A stretch of 64,000 nucleotides of DNA from Candidatus Spongiisociaceae bacterium. GTDB lineage: Bacteria > Actinomycetota > Acidimicrobiia > Spongiisociales > Spongiisociaceae. Positions 50,408 through 59,561 of this stretch are shown piece after piece. Each line of letters begins with the position of its first letter. Position 1 is the stretch's first letter. The DNA lies in NCBI GenBank assembly GCA_965202665.1, contig OZ241841.1, positions 192,001 through 256,000 of the forward strand, read 5' to 3'. The notes beneath the pieces were generated by a model. It was given only the letters and a program-made list of their open reading frames with translations. It was not told the DNA's origin and searched no databases. The position numbers and the translations under genes are program-made.

Positions 50408-50884
50408 TCAGCGGCGGCCCTTGTAGGACATGGCCCGGCGGGCTTCCCGCTCCATCTCCCGGGCCTTGATCTTTTCCCGTTTGTCGTAGCGGCGGGCGCC
50501 CCGGCCCAAGCCGAGCAGCACTTTGGCTTTGCCCCCCCGCCAGTACATCTTGATGGGAATGAGGGTCAGGCCCCGCTCCTGCGTACGCGCCGCCAGCCGG
50601 GTGATCTCAGCCGAATGGAGCAGCAGTTTGCGCGTACGTTCCGGATCGTGCCCCCCCTCGCGGGCCATCTCGTAGGGGGCGATGTAGACCCCCGCCAGCC
50701 ACGCCTCGCCGTCGCGCACCGTCGCGTAGGAATCTTTCAGTTGCACGTTGCCGGCCCGCATGCTCTTCACCTCGGAGCCGGTGAGGGCCATCCCCGCCTC
50801 CAAAGTTTCCTCGAAGACGTAGTCGTAGCGGGCCCTCCGATTGGTGGCGATGGCGTCGCCGCCCTTCTTGCGCTTTTTGGCCAT
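50408..50884 (-). CDS. smpB: SsrA-binding protein
   Basis: NRRARYDY, EAG..LTGSEVKS, R.RKLLLH, YDKRE. Confidence 0.98.
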   Translation of the reverse strand: MAKKRKKGGDAIATNRRARYDYVFEETLEAGMALTGSEVKSMRAGNVQLKDSYATVRDGEAWLAGVYIAPYEMAREGGHDPERTRKLLLHSAEITRLAARTQERGLTLIPIKMYWRGGKAKVLLGLGRGARRYDKREKIKAREMEREARRAMSYKGRR

Positions 50885-50933
50885 GCGGGGCTCCTTCATT
50901 CCGGCCCGGGGGCGATGCCGCCCCGGTTGGGAA

Positions 50934-52139
50934 TCAATTCAAATAGTTCATCGGGTCCACCGGCTGTCCCGCCTCCCGCACCTCGAAATGCAGATGCGGT
51001 CCCGTGCAGTAACCCGAACAGCCGATATAACCTATCACCTCCCCGGCCAGCGGCTCCTCTCCGACGGAAGCGGCGATGGCCGACATATGGGCGTAGAGGG
51101 TGGAAACCCCTCCCCCGTGATCGACCACCACCGTCCGGCCGTATCCGCCCCACCGTTCGGCCAGGATGACCCTCCCGCCGGCGGCGGCCCGGATGGGGGT
51201 TCCGGTGGGAACGGCCACATCCACCCCGGTGTGCATCCGCCGGCCGCCCAGCACCGGATGAATGCGCCATCCGTAGGGGGAACTTATCGGCCCCTGCACC
51301 GGCCAAGCCAACCTCCCCGGGGCGCGGCCCTCCCGGATCTGGCGGCGCAGAATCTCCAGTTCTATCTGCTCCGACTCCTCCTCCAACCGGTCCAGATGCC
51401 CCTCGTAATGGCTGATGTCGTGCCTGATGCGGGCCAGCAACTCCTCCAAGGCGGCCAACTCCGCCCGCAGCTGCTCCCGGAACCCGGCCACGGTGGTCGC
51501 CTGCCGCTCCGCCTCCGCCCGATCCGCCTCCAACTGTTCCAGGACGGTCAACTCCAACGCCCGATCCGCCTCCAACCGATCCTGATAATCCTGCTCCTGC
51601 CGTTCCAGCACCTCCAGGGAACGGAAAAGTATCTCCACCTCGTCCAACACCGCCTGGCCGTATTCCACCCGCACCACCACCAAAGCGGCCGCTTCAGAAC
51701 CGAACAAGGCGTTCTCCCACCCGCTGAAGCCGCTCATGTAAAGTTCCGCCGCCCGCTCCCGCAGATTTTTCCGCGTCTGATCCAGATTGCGCCGGGTCTG
51801 GGCCACATCCGCCTCGATGCGGACCACTTTCCGTTCCAGATCCTCCACCTGCGCCTGCTTGTCCGCCACCCGCCCCTCGGCCTGCGCCAAAGCCTCCTCA
51901 TTGCGGGCCAACTCCTCGGTGACATCGGCCAACCTGACCCGGGTTTCCTCGATGGCGACCGCGTATTCGCTCTGATCGGTGCGGGCCGCCACGATCTGGT
52001 TGCGCAGGCTCTCCATTTCCCGCTCCACGTCCGCCAAACGTTGCTCGTCGCTTTGGGCGAACGCCCCCCCGGCCGCCGCCCACCCCGCCCCCGCCAGCAA
52101 CAGGGCGGCCGTCCAGCCGACCGTGAGCCTGCCGCGCAT
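50934..52139 (-). CDS. Coiled-coil + M23 peptidase (EnvC-like FtsEX partner)
   Basis: Signal peptide, long coiled coil, HTGVD, YAH, TGPHLHFE. Confidence 0.88.
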   Translation of the reverse strand: MRGRLTVGWTAALLLAGAGWAAAGGAFAQSDEQRLADVEREMESLRNQIVAARTDQSEYAVAIEETRVRLADVTEELARNEEALAQAEGRVADKQAQVEDLERKVVRIEADVAQTRRNLDQTRKNLRERAAELYMSGFSGWENALFGSEAAALVVVRVEYGQAVLDEVEILFRSLEVLERQEQDYQDRLEADRALELTVLEQLEADRAEAERQATTVAGFREQLRAELAALEELLARIRHDISHYEGHLDRLEEESEQIELEILRRQIREGRAPGRLAWPVQGPISSPYGWRIHPVLGGRRMHTGVDVAVPTGTPIRAAAGGRVILAERWGGYGRTVVVDHGGGVSTLYAHMSAIAASVGEEPLAGEVIGYIGCSGYCTGPHLHFEVREAGQPVDPMNYLN

Positions 52140-52141
52140 CC

Positions 52142-53017
52142 TCAAACCCTTAGGAAACGCCGCAATCCAAGCGCGCTGCCTACAAACCCGGCCGCTCCCC
52201 CGAACAGAAGCACCAACACGCCCCAGCGAAGCAGAAAATCACCGCTTACTTGGAACTGAATAAGGCTGTCGGACGGCAAACGGCCCAGGAACTGGTGGCC
52301 GACCAGCACCGCCCCCACCGCCAAACCTCCCCCCAGCAGGCCCTCTATGGCGCCCTCCAGCAGAAACGGCACACGGATGAACCAGTTGCCCGCCCCCACC
52401 AGTTTCATAATGGAAATCTCCTCGCGACGGGCGTAAATGGCCATGCGGATGGTGTTGGCTATCAAAACCACCGACGCCGACCCCAGCACCAGCACCAAGC
52501 CGACCCCGATGGCGCTCAGCACCTGGGTCAAGTTGAGCAGGCGCTCGATGCCTTCGCTGACGATGCTGATCCTCCTCACCAGCGGATCGCCCACCAAACG
52601 AAACTGCACCGCCTGATACTGGGACAGGTCGCTCAACTCCACCCTTATGGAAGCGGGCAGGTCGTTGCGGTCGATGATCTCCAACATGCCCGGCGAACCC
52701 CGCCCGAACATTTGCGCGTACTCTTCGAAGGCTTGGTTCTTGTCGACGTAGAAGACCTGCTCCACCTCCTCGAACGAACCCACCTGTTGCAACATTTCAT
52801 CGTGGGCGGCGGCGCCTCCGATGTCGTTCAAAAAAATGATCATATGGTTGCCGGCCTGCCACTGCAAGGTGGTGGTTCGCACCAGTTCGTTGAACACCAG
52901 GGCGCCGAAGGCCAAAGTCAGGGAAACGAACACCGCCACCACCGCCGCCGCCACCACCAAAACGTTGCGGCGCAGATTGGTAAAAGCCTCCCCGATCAGA
53001 TACAGGATGTTGCGCAT
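52142..53017 (-). CDS. ftsX: Cell division permease FtsX
   Basis: NTIR.AI.ARR.EI.IMKLVGA..WFI..PF..EG. Confidence 0.95.
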   Translation of the reverse strand: MRNILYLIGEAFTNLRRNVLVVAAAVVAVFVSLTLAFGALVFNELVRTTTLQWQAGNHMIIFLNDIGGAAAHDEMLQQVGSFEEVEQVFYVDKNQAFEEYAQMFGRGSPGMLEIIDRNDLPASIRVELSDLSQYQAVQFRLVGDPLVRRISIVSEGIERLLNLTQVLSAIGVGLVLVLGSASVVLIANTIRMAIYARREEISIMKLVGAGNWFIRVPFLLEGAIEGLLGGGLAVGAVLVGHQFLGRLPSDSLIQFQVSGDFLLRWGVLVLLFGGAAGFVGSALGLRRFLRV

Positions 53018-53020
53018 CGA

Positions 53021-53722
53021 TCAGGATCCCGCAGAAGCTCCGCGCCCCCCGTAACCGGAACCGCTCTGGTCGCGTTCGATAACCCCCCTGTTCAATTGCA
53101 CCACCCTTTTCTGCATGGCGTCCACGATGGCGTGGTCGTGCGTTGCCATCACCACCGTGGTGCCGGTCTGGTTGATACGGTCCAACAAGCGCATAATCCC
53201 CACCGAGGTGGCCGGGTCAAGATTGCCGGTCGGCTCGTCCGCCAACAAGATGGGAGGGCGGTTCACAAAGGCCCGGGCGATGGACACCCGTTGCTGTTCG
53301 CCGCCGGACAGCTGCCGCGGGTAACGATTGACTTTGGCCGACAAGCCCACCAACTCCAGCACCTGGGGAACCTGGCGGTTCACGATGGAACGGGGCCTGC
53401 CGATCACTTTCAGGGCGAAAGCCACGTTTTCGGCCACTGTTTTATTGGGCAACAGCTTGAAGTCTTGGAACACGGTGCCCACCGTCCGGCGCAGATAGGG
53501 CACCTTCCATCCGGGCAACCGGGTGATGTCCTTGCCCGCCACCCAGATGCGGCCTTTGGTGACTTTTTCCTCCCGCAGGCACAATCGGATCAGCGTGGAC
53601 TTGCCGGAGCCGGACGGTCCGACCAGGAACACGAACTCCCCTTTGCGGATGTCCATATCCACTTCGCGGGCGGCCACCACGCCCCCCTCGTACACTTTGG
53701 CTACTTTTTCCATTCGGATCAT
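53021..53722 (-). CDS. ftsE: Cell division ATPase FtsE
   Basis: [35 protein letters not shown]. Confidence 0.96.
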   Translation of the reverse strand: MIRMEKVAKVYEGGVVAAREVDMDIRKGEFVFLVGPSGSGKSTLIRLCLREEKVTKGRIWVAGKDITRLPGWKVPYLRRTVGTVFQDFKLLPNKTVAENVAFALKVIGRPRSIVNRQVPQVLELVGLSAKVNRYPRQLSGGEQQRVSIARAFVNRPPILLADEPTGNLDPATSVGIMRLLDRINQTGTTVVMATHDHAIVDAMQKRVVQLNRGVIERDQSGSGYGGRGASAGS

Positions 53723-53783
53723 GGCGTCCCCGTAACCTGCTCGGCGGTTGCGATTGCCCGGCCAGGTTACCGGCTGTCTGGAT

Positions 53784-54933
53784 TTAGCCGGGGCTTTTCA
53801 CCGGCGGAGGGTCGGCCCGGCCGCTCCGCTCCCGTTCCGCGCGCCGCCACTGCAGGTAGGCGTCGGTGAAACCGGACAGGGAACCGTCCAGCACCGCGTC
53901 GATGTTTCCCGTCTCCCATCCGGTGCGCAAATCTTTGACCTGCTGGTAGGGGGCCAGCACATAGGAACGAATTTGCCTCCCCCATCCGGCCTCGGTCTGC
54001 TCCCCCCGTATCTCATCCATTTCCCGGCGCCGTTCCATGCGGGCCAGCTCCGCCAGCTTGGACTTGAGCAGGGCGGCGGCCCGGACCCGGTTCTGGAGCT
54101 GGGAGCGCTCCGCCTGGCAGGCGGCCACGATGCCGGTGGGGAGGTGGGTGAGGCGCACCGCCGAATCGGTGGTGTTGACGTGCTGGCCGCCCGCCCCTTG
54201 CGAACGGTAGGTGTCCACCCGCACCTCCTCCATATCCAGTTCCACCTCCGCGTCCTCCACCAGCGGAGCCACGTCCACCCCGGCGAAGGAAGTATGACGG
54301 CGGGAGTTGGCGTCGTAGGGGGAAATGCGCACCAGCCGGTGCACGCCCCGCTCGCCCTCCAACCGCCCGTAGGCGTATTCTCCTTCCACGGTCAGGGAAG
54401 CCGACTTGATGCCCGCCTGCTCCCCCGGGGAAATCTCCTCCACCTCCGCCGTCAAACCGGACTCCTGGAGATAGCGGATGTACATCCGCAACATCATCTC
54501 CGCCCAATCTTGGGCGTCGACCCCCCCGGCCCCGGCGTGGACGCCGATGATGGCCGGGTAATCGTCGTACTCCCCGAAAAAGAGCGACTCCTCCTCCAAG
54601 GCGGCGATGCGGCCCTCCACGTCCGCCAAATCCCCGGCCACCTCCCGCATGGTGGCCGCATCCTCTTCTTCGGCGGCCAGTTCGGCCAGGGCCTCGGCGT
54701 CGCCCAACTCCCCCGCCAGGCCCTTTACCGTAGTCACCACCCGCTCCATGCCTCCCAGGCGGCGGGTGAGATGTTTGGCCCGGTGCGGGTCGCCCCACAG
54801 ATCAGGCGCGGAGACCTGCTCCCTCAGCGCGGGGAGGGCGGCGGCTTTGGCGTCGACATCAAAGGAACCTCCGGGCGTCGGACAATCGGGCCCGCAGGTC
54901 GTCGATCAAGGTGCGGATGTCTTTGTCGTTCAT
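53784..54933 (-). CDS. prfB: Peptide chain release factor 2, via programmed +1 frameshift: join 54933-54862, 54860-53784
   Basis: SPY discriminator and GGQ; upstream 24-codon ORF from ATG 54933 ends GGAGG-TTC-CTT-TGA-T. Confidence 0.95.
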
Positions 54934-55025
54934 AACCGGGCGCAGGCTAGCGCGGTTCGGCCCAGGGTCCGGTTCATCCCCGGTTCTGGGCCCCGCGGCG
55001 CAAACTTTCGGAGTAGGGTGGTTGG

Positions 55026-55367
55026 ATGGCGAAACACCGAATGCGCACCAAGCGGGTGCGCTCCCGGCGGGGCTGGTGGCGGGACCTGGGCCGGGAGTGG
55101 CTGGCCCGGCGGCGGGGTTCCGAAAGCCGGACCCTGGGCATTTTCACCGCCACCCGGGACATCATCGGACCCACCGGTTGGCAGTGGACCAGCGCTTGGG
55201 ACCGTTTGGAGCAGGACGGCGGGGCCTATCTGCGTTCGTTCGACCCCCGACTCCCGCCCAGCCTGCACGTATCGCAACGCGACCGCACCCGGGCCAACCG
55301 GCCCATCCCGCTCCCGGAACGTTGCATAGAAGATTGGAACGACCCCGACCCGCCCGGTTATTCTTAG
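55026..55367 (+). CDS. Hypothetical basic Trp-rich protein
   Basis: TAGGGT-N6-ATG leaderless geometry; fills the intergenic gap; no recognised family. Confidence 0.5.
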   Translation: MAKHRMRTKRVRSRRGWWRDLGREWLARRRGSESRTLGIFTATRDIIGPTGWQWTSAWDRLEQDGGAYLRSFDPRLPPSLHVSQRDRTRANRPIPLPERCIEDWNDPDPPGYS

Positions 55368-55397
55368 TTGCGTAAAACAACCGGGCAAGGAGGGGAA

Positions 55398-55550
55398 ATG
55401 GCGAATCAAACCGAGTTGCTCAGCGCCATTTTGGAGGTGTTGCAAGAAATCTCCGACAAACTGGAAGACATTGAAGACAAGCTGTCGGATATCGACGGCA
55501 ACGTCTCCAGTATCGACAGCAACGTCACCAGCATCTATTTTCAAATTTAG
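55398..55550 (+). CDS. 50-aa acidic coiled-coil microprotein
   Basis: AAGGAGG RBS; heptads ISDKLED/IEDKLSD/IDGNVSS/IDSNVTS. Confidence 0.6.
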   Translation: MANQTELLSAILEVLQEISDKLEDIEDKLSDIDGNVSSIDSNVTSIYFQI

Positions 55551-55568
55551 GTGAACTGGTCTTTGCCG

Positions 55569-58196
55569 CTAGGCCCCCAGGCAGTCGGGGGTGGCGGAGC
55601 ACATTTTGGCTTTGCGTCCGGAACCGCACGGGCAGGGGGCGTTGCGGCGCACCTTGGTGGATGAAGCCGGACGACGCGACTGGTCCGGGCCGGCGGCGGC
55701 CGCCCCCCGGGGCGCGGCGGGCCGGGGCTGGGCCTGCGCCTTCTCCACCCGAAACACGTAACGGGACACGTCCCGCTTGACGGACGCCACCAGATCGGAG
55801 AACATCTCATAGCCCTCCCGCTGGTATTCGGTGAGCGGATCCCGCTGGCCGATGGCCCGCAAGCCGATCCCGGCCCGCAGGTAATCCATTTCCGATAGGT
55901 TCTCGCGCCATTTGTTGTCGATGACCGACAAGGACAGACGGTATTCAATCTGGCGCATCAGCTCCGGGGTCAACTCCCGCTCCCGTTCCTCGAAACACCG
56001 CAATGCATCTTCCACCGCCGCCTCCGACACGTCCTCCACCGCGATCCCCTCCGGCAGGTCGTCGCGGGTAAAGCGGGCGGGATAGATCTGCTCCAGTTCC
56101 TGTCGCAAACCCTCCCAGTCCCAATCGTCGGGGGCCAACTCCTCGTTGATGGACATTTCCACCGCCTCCCGCACCGACTCCTCGATCCACCCGGTGACCA
56201 GCTCCCGGCTTTCTTGGTTGCGCATAATCCCGTCCCGCCAGCTGTAAATGACCTCCCGTTGCCGATTCATGACTTCGTCGTATTTGAGAACGTTTTTGCG
56301 AATCTCAAAGTTCTGGGACTCCACCTGGGTCTGCGCCCGTTCGATGACTCTGCTCACCATTTTGTGCTCTAAGGGCTCTTCCCCCACCCGGTTGATGAGC
56401 CTGGCCACCCGGTCGCTGGCGAACCGGCGCATCAGATCGTCCTCCAACGACAGATAGAAGCGGGAATGGCCGGGGTCGCCTTGGCGCCCGGAGCGCCCCC
56501 GCAGCTGGTTGTCAATGCGCCGGCTTTCGTGCCGTTCGGTGCCCAGCACGTACAAGCCCCCCGCCTCCAGCGCCGCTTGGCGGGCCTCCTCCACTTGGGC
56601 GGCGAACTCGGACAGCAATTTGCGGTATTCCTGTTCGTAGGCGGGGGTGGACTGCTCGAACTTGGTCCGCTTTTTCATTTCCAGCCGGGCCAGGCCCTCC
56701 GGGTTGCCGCCCAACTGGATGTCCACCCCCCGGCCCGCCATGTTGGTGGCCACCGTCACCGCCCCCGGCCGCCCCGCCTGGGCGATGATCTCCGCTTCCC
56801 GGGCGTGATGCTTGGCGTTGAGCACCTCGTGCTTTACCCCCCTTTTGGACAGGGCTTGCGAAATCAGCTCCGATTTTTCGATGGAGACGGTGCCCACCAA
56901 AATGGGCTGGCCGGCCCCGTTGCGGTCGGCTATGTCATCTACCAAGGCGGCCAATTTGGAGCCCTCGGTGTAGTACACCGCATCTTGGTGGTCCACCCGG
57001 GCCACCTCCTGATTGGTGGGGACTTCCACCACCTCCAGCCCGTAGATTTGCGAGAACTCGGACTCCTCGGTGAGGGCGGTGCCGGTCATCCCGGCCAGTT
57101 TCTCGTACATCCGGAAATAGTTCTGGAGGGTGATGGTGGCCAAAGTCTGGTTCTCTTCTTTGATGCGCACCCCCTCTTTGGCTTCAATCGCCTGATGCAG
57201 CCCCTCCGAGTAGCGCCGCCCTTCCAGCACCCGGCCGGTGAACTCATCGACGATCTTCACCTCCCCGTGCGTAACCAGATATTCCACGTCGCGCTGATAG
57301 AGGGTTTTGGCCCGCAACGCCTGCTCCAGATGGTGCACGAAATCCACCTCGGTATGGTCGTACATGTTCTCCACTCCCAAAATCCGCTCCACCCGGGACA
57401 CCCCCTCCTCGGTAGTGACGACCTGGCGCTTGCCGTAGTCCACCTGGTAGTGGACATCCTCATGCAACCCTTGCACCAGCCGGGCGAACTCCCGGTACCA
57501 GCGGGCGGCGTCGGTCACCCGCCCGGAAATAATCAGAGGGGTGCGGGCTTCGTCGATGAGAATGGAATCCACTTCGTCCACGATGGCGTACCGGTGCCCC
57601 CGTTGCACGATGCCGTCGAGGGTCATGGTCATATTTCCCCGCAGATAGTCGAAACCGAACTCGTTGTTGGTGCCGTAGGTGACATCGGCCTGATAGGCGG
57701 GACGGCGGTCGGCGGGGTCGTCGCCCGATTGGATCAGCCCCGTCTCCAGTCCTAAAAAGCGGTAGATGCCCCCCATCCACTCCGCGTCCCGGCCGGCCAG
57801 GTAGTCGTTGACCGTAACCACATGCACCCCCTCGCCTCCCAAGGCGTTCAGGTAAACGGGCATGGTCGACACCAGGGTCTTGCCCTCGCCGGTGCGCATC
57901 TCGGCGATCATCCCCCGGTGCAGCGCCCCCGCCCCGATCACCTGCACGTCGAAATGGCGCTGGCCCAAAACCCGGCGGGCGGTTTCCCGCACCGCGGCGA
58001 AGGCCTCCGGTTCCAAATCATCCAATGGTTCACCGGCGGCCAGCCGTTGCCGGAACTCGGCGGTTTTGGCCGCCAACCGCTCGTCGTCCAGCCGTTCCGT
58101 CTCCGGCTCCAGCGCGTTGACGCGGGTCGCCAACCCCGCCAACGACTTGAGGGTCTTGGACTCTCCCGCCCGCAGAAACTTGTCAACCAGCGACAT
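55569..58196 (-). CDS. secA: Protein translocase subunit SecA
   Basis: EMRTGEGKT, VDEVDSILIDEARTPLIISG, ATNMAGRG.DI, QLRGRSGRQGDPG, CPCGSG. Confidence 0.99.
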   Translation of the reverse strand: MSLVDKFLRAGESKTLKSLAGLATRVNALEPETERLDDERLAAKTAEFRQRLAAGEPLDDLEPEAFAAVRETARRVLGQRHFDVQVIGAGALHRGMIAEMRTGEGKTLVSTMPVYLNALGGEGVHVVTVNDYLAGRDAEWMGGIYRFLGLETGLIQSGDDPADRRPAYQADVTYGTNNEFGFDYLRGNMTMTLDGIVQRGHRYAIVDEVDSILIDEARTPLIISGRVTDAARWYREFARLVQGLHEDVHYQVDYGKRQVVTTEEGVSRVERILGVENMYDHTEVDFVHHLEQALRAKTLYQRDVEYLVTHGEVKIVDEFTGRVLEGRRYSEGLHQAIEAKEGVRIKEENQTLATITLQNYFRMYEKLAGMTGTALTEESEFSQIYGLEVVEVPTNQEVARVDHQDAVYYTEGSKLAALVDDIADRNGAGQPILVGTVSIEKSELISQALSKRGVKHEVLNAKHHAREAEIIAQAGRPGAVTVATNMAGRGVDIQLGGNPEGLARLEMKKRTKFEQSTPAYEQEYRKLLSEFAAQVEEARQAALEAGGLYVLGTERHESRRIDNQLRGRSGRQGDPGHSRFYLSLEDDLMRRFASDRVARLINRVGEEPLEHKMVSRVIERAQTQVESQNFEIRKNVLKYDEVMNRQREVIYSWRDGIMRNQESRELVTGWIEESVREAVEMSINEELAPDDWDWEGLRQELEQIYPARFTRDDLPEGIAVEDVSEAAVEDALRCFEERERELTPELMRQIEYRLSLSVIDNKWRENLSEMDYLRAGIGLRAIGQRDPLTEYQREGYEMFSDLVASVKRDVSRYVFRVEKAQAQPRPAAPRGAAAAGPDQSRRPASSTKVRRNAPCPCGSGRKAKMCSATPDCLGA

Positions 58197-58266
58197 GTCC
58201 GACTTATGTTATCGGCGGTTGAAAGATAGTTTTCACCATTGCGAAATCAGCGCCGGCCCGGCGGAG

Positions 58267-58836
58267 CTAGCGGGGCTCGATCAAGCCGAGCCGGCCGTCC
58301 CGGCGCCGGTACAGCACGCTTTGCAAACCGGTGTCGAAGTTCAGGAAAAAGAAAAAGGAGTGGCCCAGCTCGGCCATGGCCAAGGCGGCGTCCTCCGGGG
58401 TCATCGGCTTCATCACAAACTGCTTGTGGCGCACGATCTCCGGCAGGCCGGCCTCGGACCGCGCCCGGGGCTCCGCCGCGCCGGGCCCGGCGGCGGTGGG
58501 AGCGGCCCGTCGCCGACGGTCGGTCATCCGGTCCCCCAATCGGCGCACCTGCTCCTCAAACCGGTCGGCGGCCTCGTCGATCGCCTGCTCGCAGCTGGCC
58601 CCCGCCCCTTCCGCCCGCACCGTCTGCCCCGACCAGCGGGCGGTTATTTCAGCCCGGAACCGTTCCAACGCCCGGCGCGGGTTGGACTCTTCCGCCAACT
58701 CCACATCGGCCCCGCGCAAGCCCCCGAAGTACTTCAGTCCCCGGCCGGCCTTCTTGACGGCGTACTCCCGGACGCCGTCGGCGATGTTCATGTTGCGGCC
58801 GTGCACCCGGATGCGATCCGCGCCTCGTTCTTCCAT
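58267..58836 (-). CDS. hpf: Ribosome hibernation promoting factor (long HPF)
   Basis: S30AE N-domain; C-domain K.F.MKPM..EDA...M..LGH.FF.F; between comF and secA. Confidence 0.9.
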   Translation of the reverse strand: MEERGADRIRVHGRNMNIADGVREYAVKKAGRGLKYFGGLRGADVELAEESNPRRALERFRAEITARWSGQTVRAEGAGASCEQAIDEAADRFEEQVRRLGDRMTDRRRRAAPTAAGPGAAEPRARSEAGLPEIVRHKQFVMKPMTPEDAALAMAELGHSFFFFLNFDTGLQSVLYRRRDGRLGLIEPR

Positions 58837-58884
58837 TCGGCAACCCCTTTCCTTTACGCCTTTACGCCGCTCCCCTGCGCAACG

Positions 58885-59511
58885 CTACCCCATCCCGGCG
58901 GTTACTTGAACCGATCCAACCGACGAGGGGGGAAAACCTTGCCCGCCCGGGGGCCGGGGGGCGCGGGTCAGGGTAACCGCCCCCGCCGTCCGGCCGCCGC
59001 CCGCCCGGTGCGCGGACTGCAACGTGGCCCCGGTGGTCAGCACATCGTCCACCAGCACCGCCCCCGGCGGGAACGAACCCGCCGGACGAAAACGCGGACC
59101 GGTCGGACTCCGGCGCCGAACCTGGCTGCGGCGAAACGGGTAGGGACGCAACATTTCCGCCACCGGCAACCCGGTTTGCCGCCCCAGGGCGCGGGCCAGC
59201 AGGCGGCCCGGATCGGTTCCGTAGGCGAAGCGGCGCAACGCCGGGCGGGGAATGGGAACCAAAACCGAGGCGTCCGGCGGCAACAACTCCGCCAGATGGC
59301 CGGCCAGCACCTCGGCCGCCGCATCCACCCCCCGGTATTTGAGAACGTGAACCGCCCGGCGCACCGGCCCGCGGTGCATGAAGGCGGCCGCCGCCGTTAA
59401 ACCGGCGGGCAAGCGCACCGGCGCCGCCCGGCGCAAACCCGCCGCGCACCGGCCGCAGAACCCCCGCACCGCCGACCGGTTGCGCCAATCTCCGCAGTTC
59501 AAGCAGAACAT
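58885..59511 (-). CDS. comF: ComF family PRTase-fold protein
   Basis: N-terminal CxxC...CxxC, LKY.G, LVDDVLTTGATL; upstream of hpf. Confidence 0.85.
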   Translation of the reverse strand: MFCLNCGDWRNRSAVRGFCGRCAAGLRRAAPVRLPAGLTAAAAFMHRGPVRRAVHVLKYRGVDAAAEVLAGHLAELLPPDASVLVPIPRPALRRFAYGTDPGRLLARALGRQTGLPVAEMLRPYPFRRSQVRRRSPTGPRFRPAGSFPPGAVLVDDVLTTGATLQSAHRAGGGRTAGAVTLTRAPRPPGGQGFPPSSVGSVQVTAGMG

Positions 59512-59519
59512 AAACGAAC

Positions 59520-59541
59520 AGGCTAAGAACGGGGTGCGACA
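59520..59541 (-). promoter_or_regulatory. PafBC/RecA-NDp-like promoter of comF
   Basis: aaaaTGTCGC-accccgttct-TAGCCT-N8-ATG. Confidence 0.65.
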
Positions 59542-59561
59542 TTTTCCCCCGCTCCCGGCCT

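Noticed and set aside
35160-58212. dif-like TTATGTTA half-sites at about 35164-35171 and 58204-58211
   Set aside because: No matching XerC arm; both are better explained as parts of promoter -10 regions.
58837-58884. raiA RNA motif between comF and hpf
   Set aside because: Gap of about 50 bp is far too short; only a short GGCGTAAA tandem is present.
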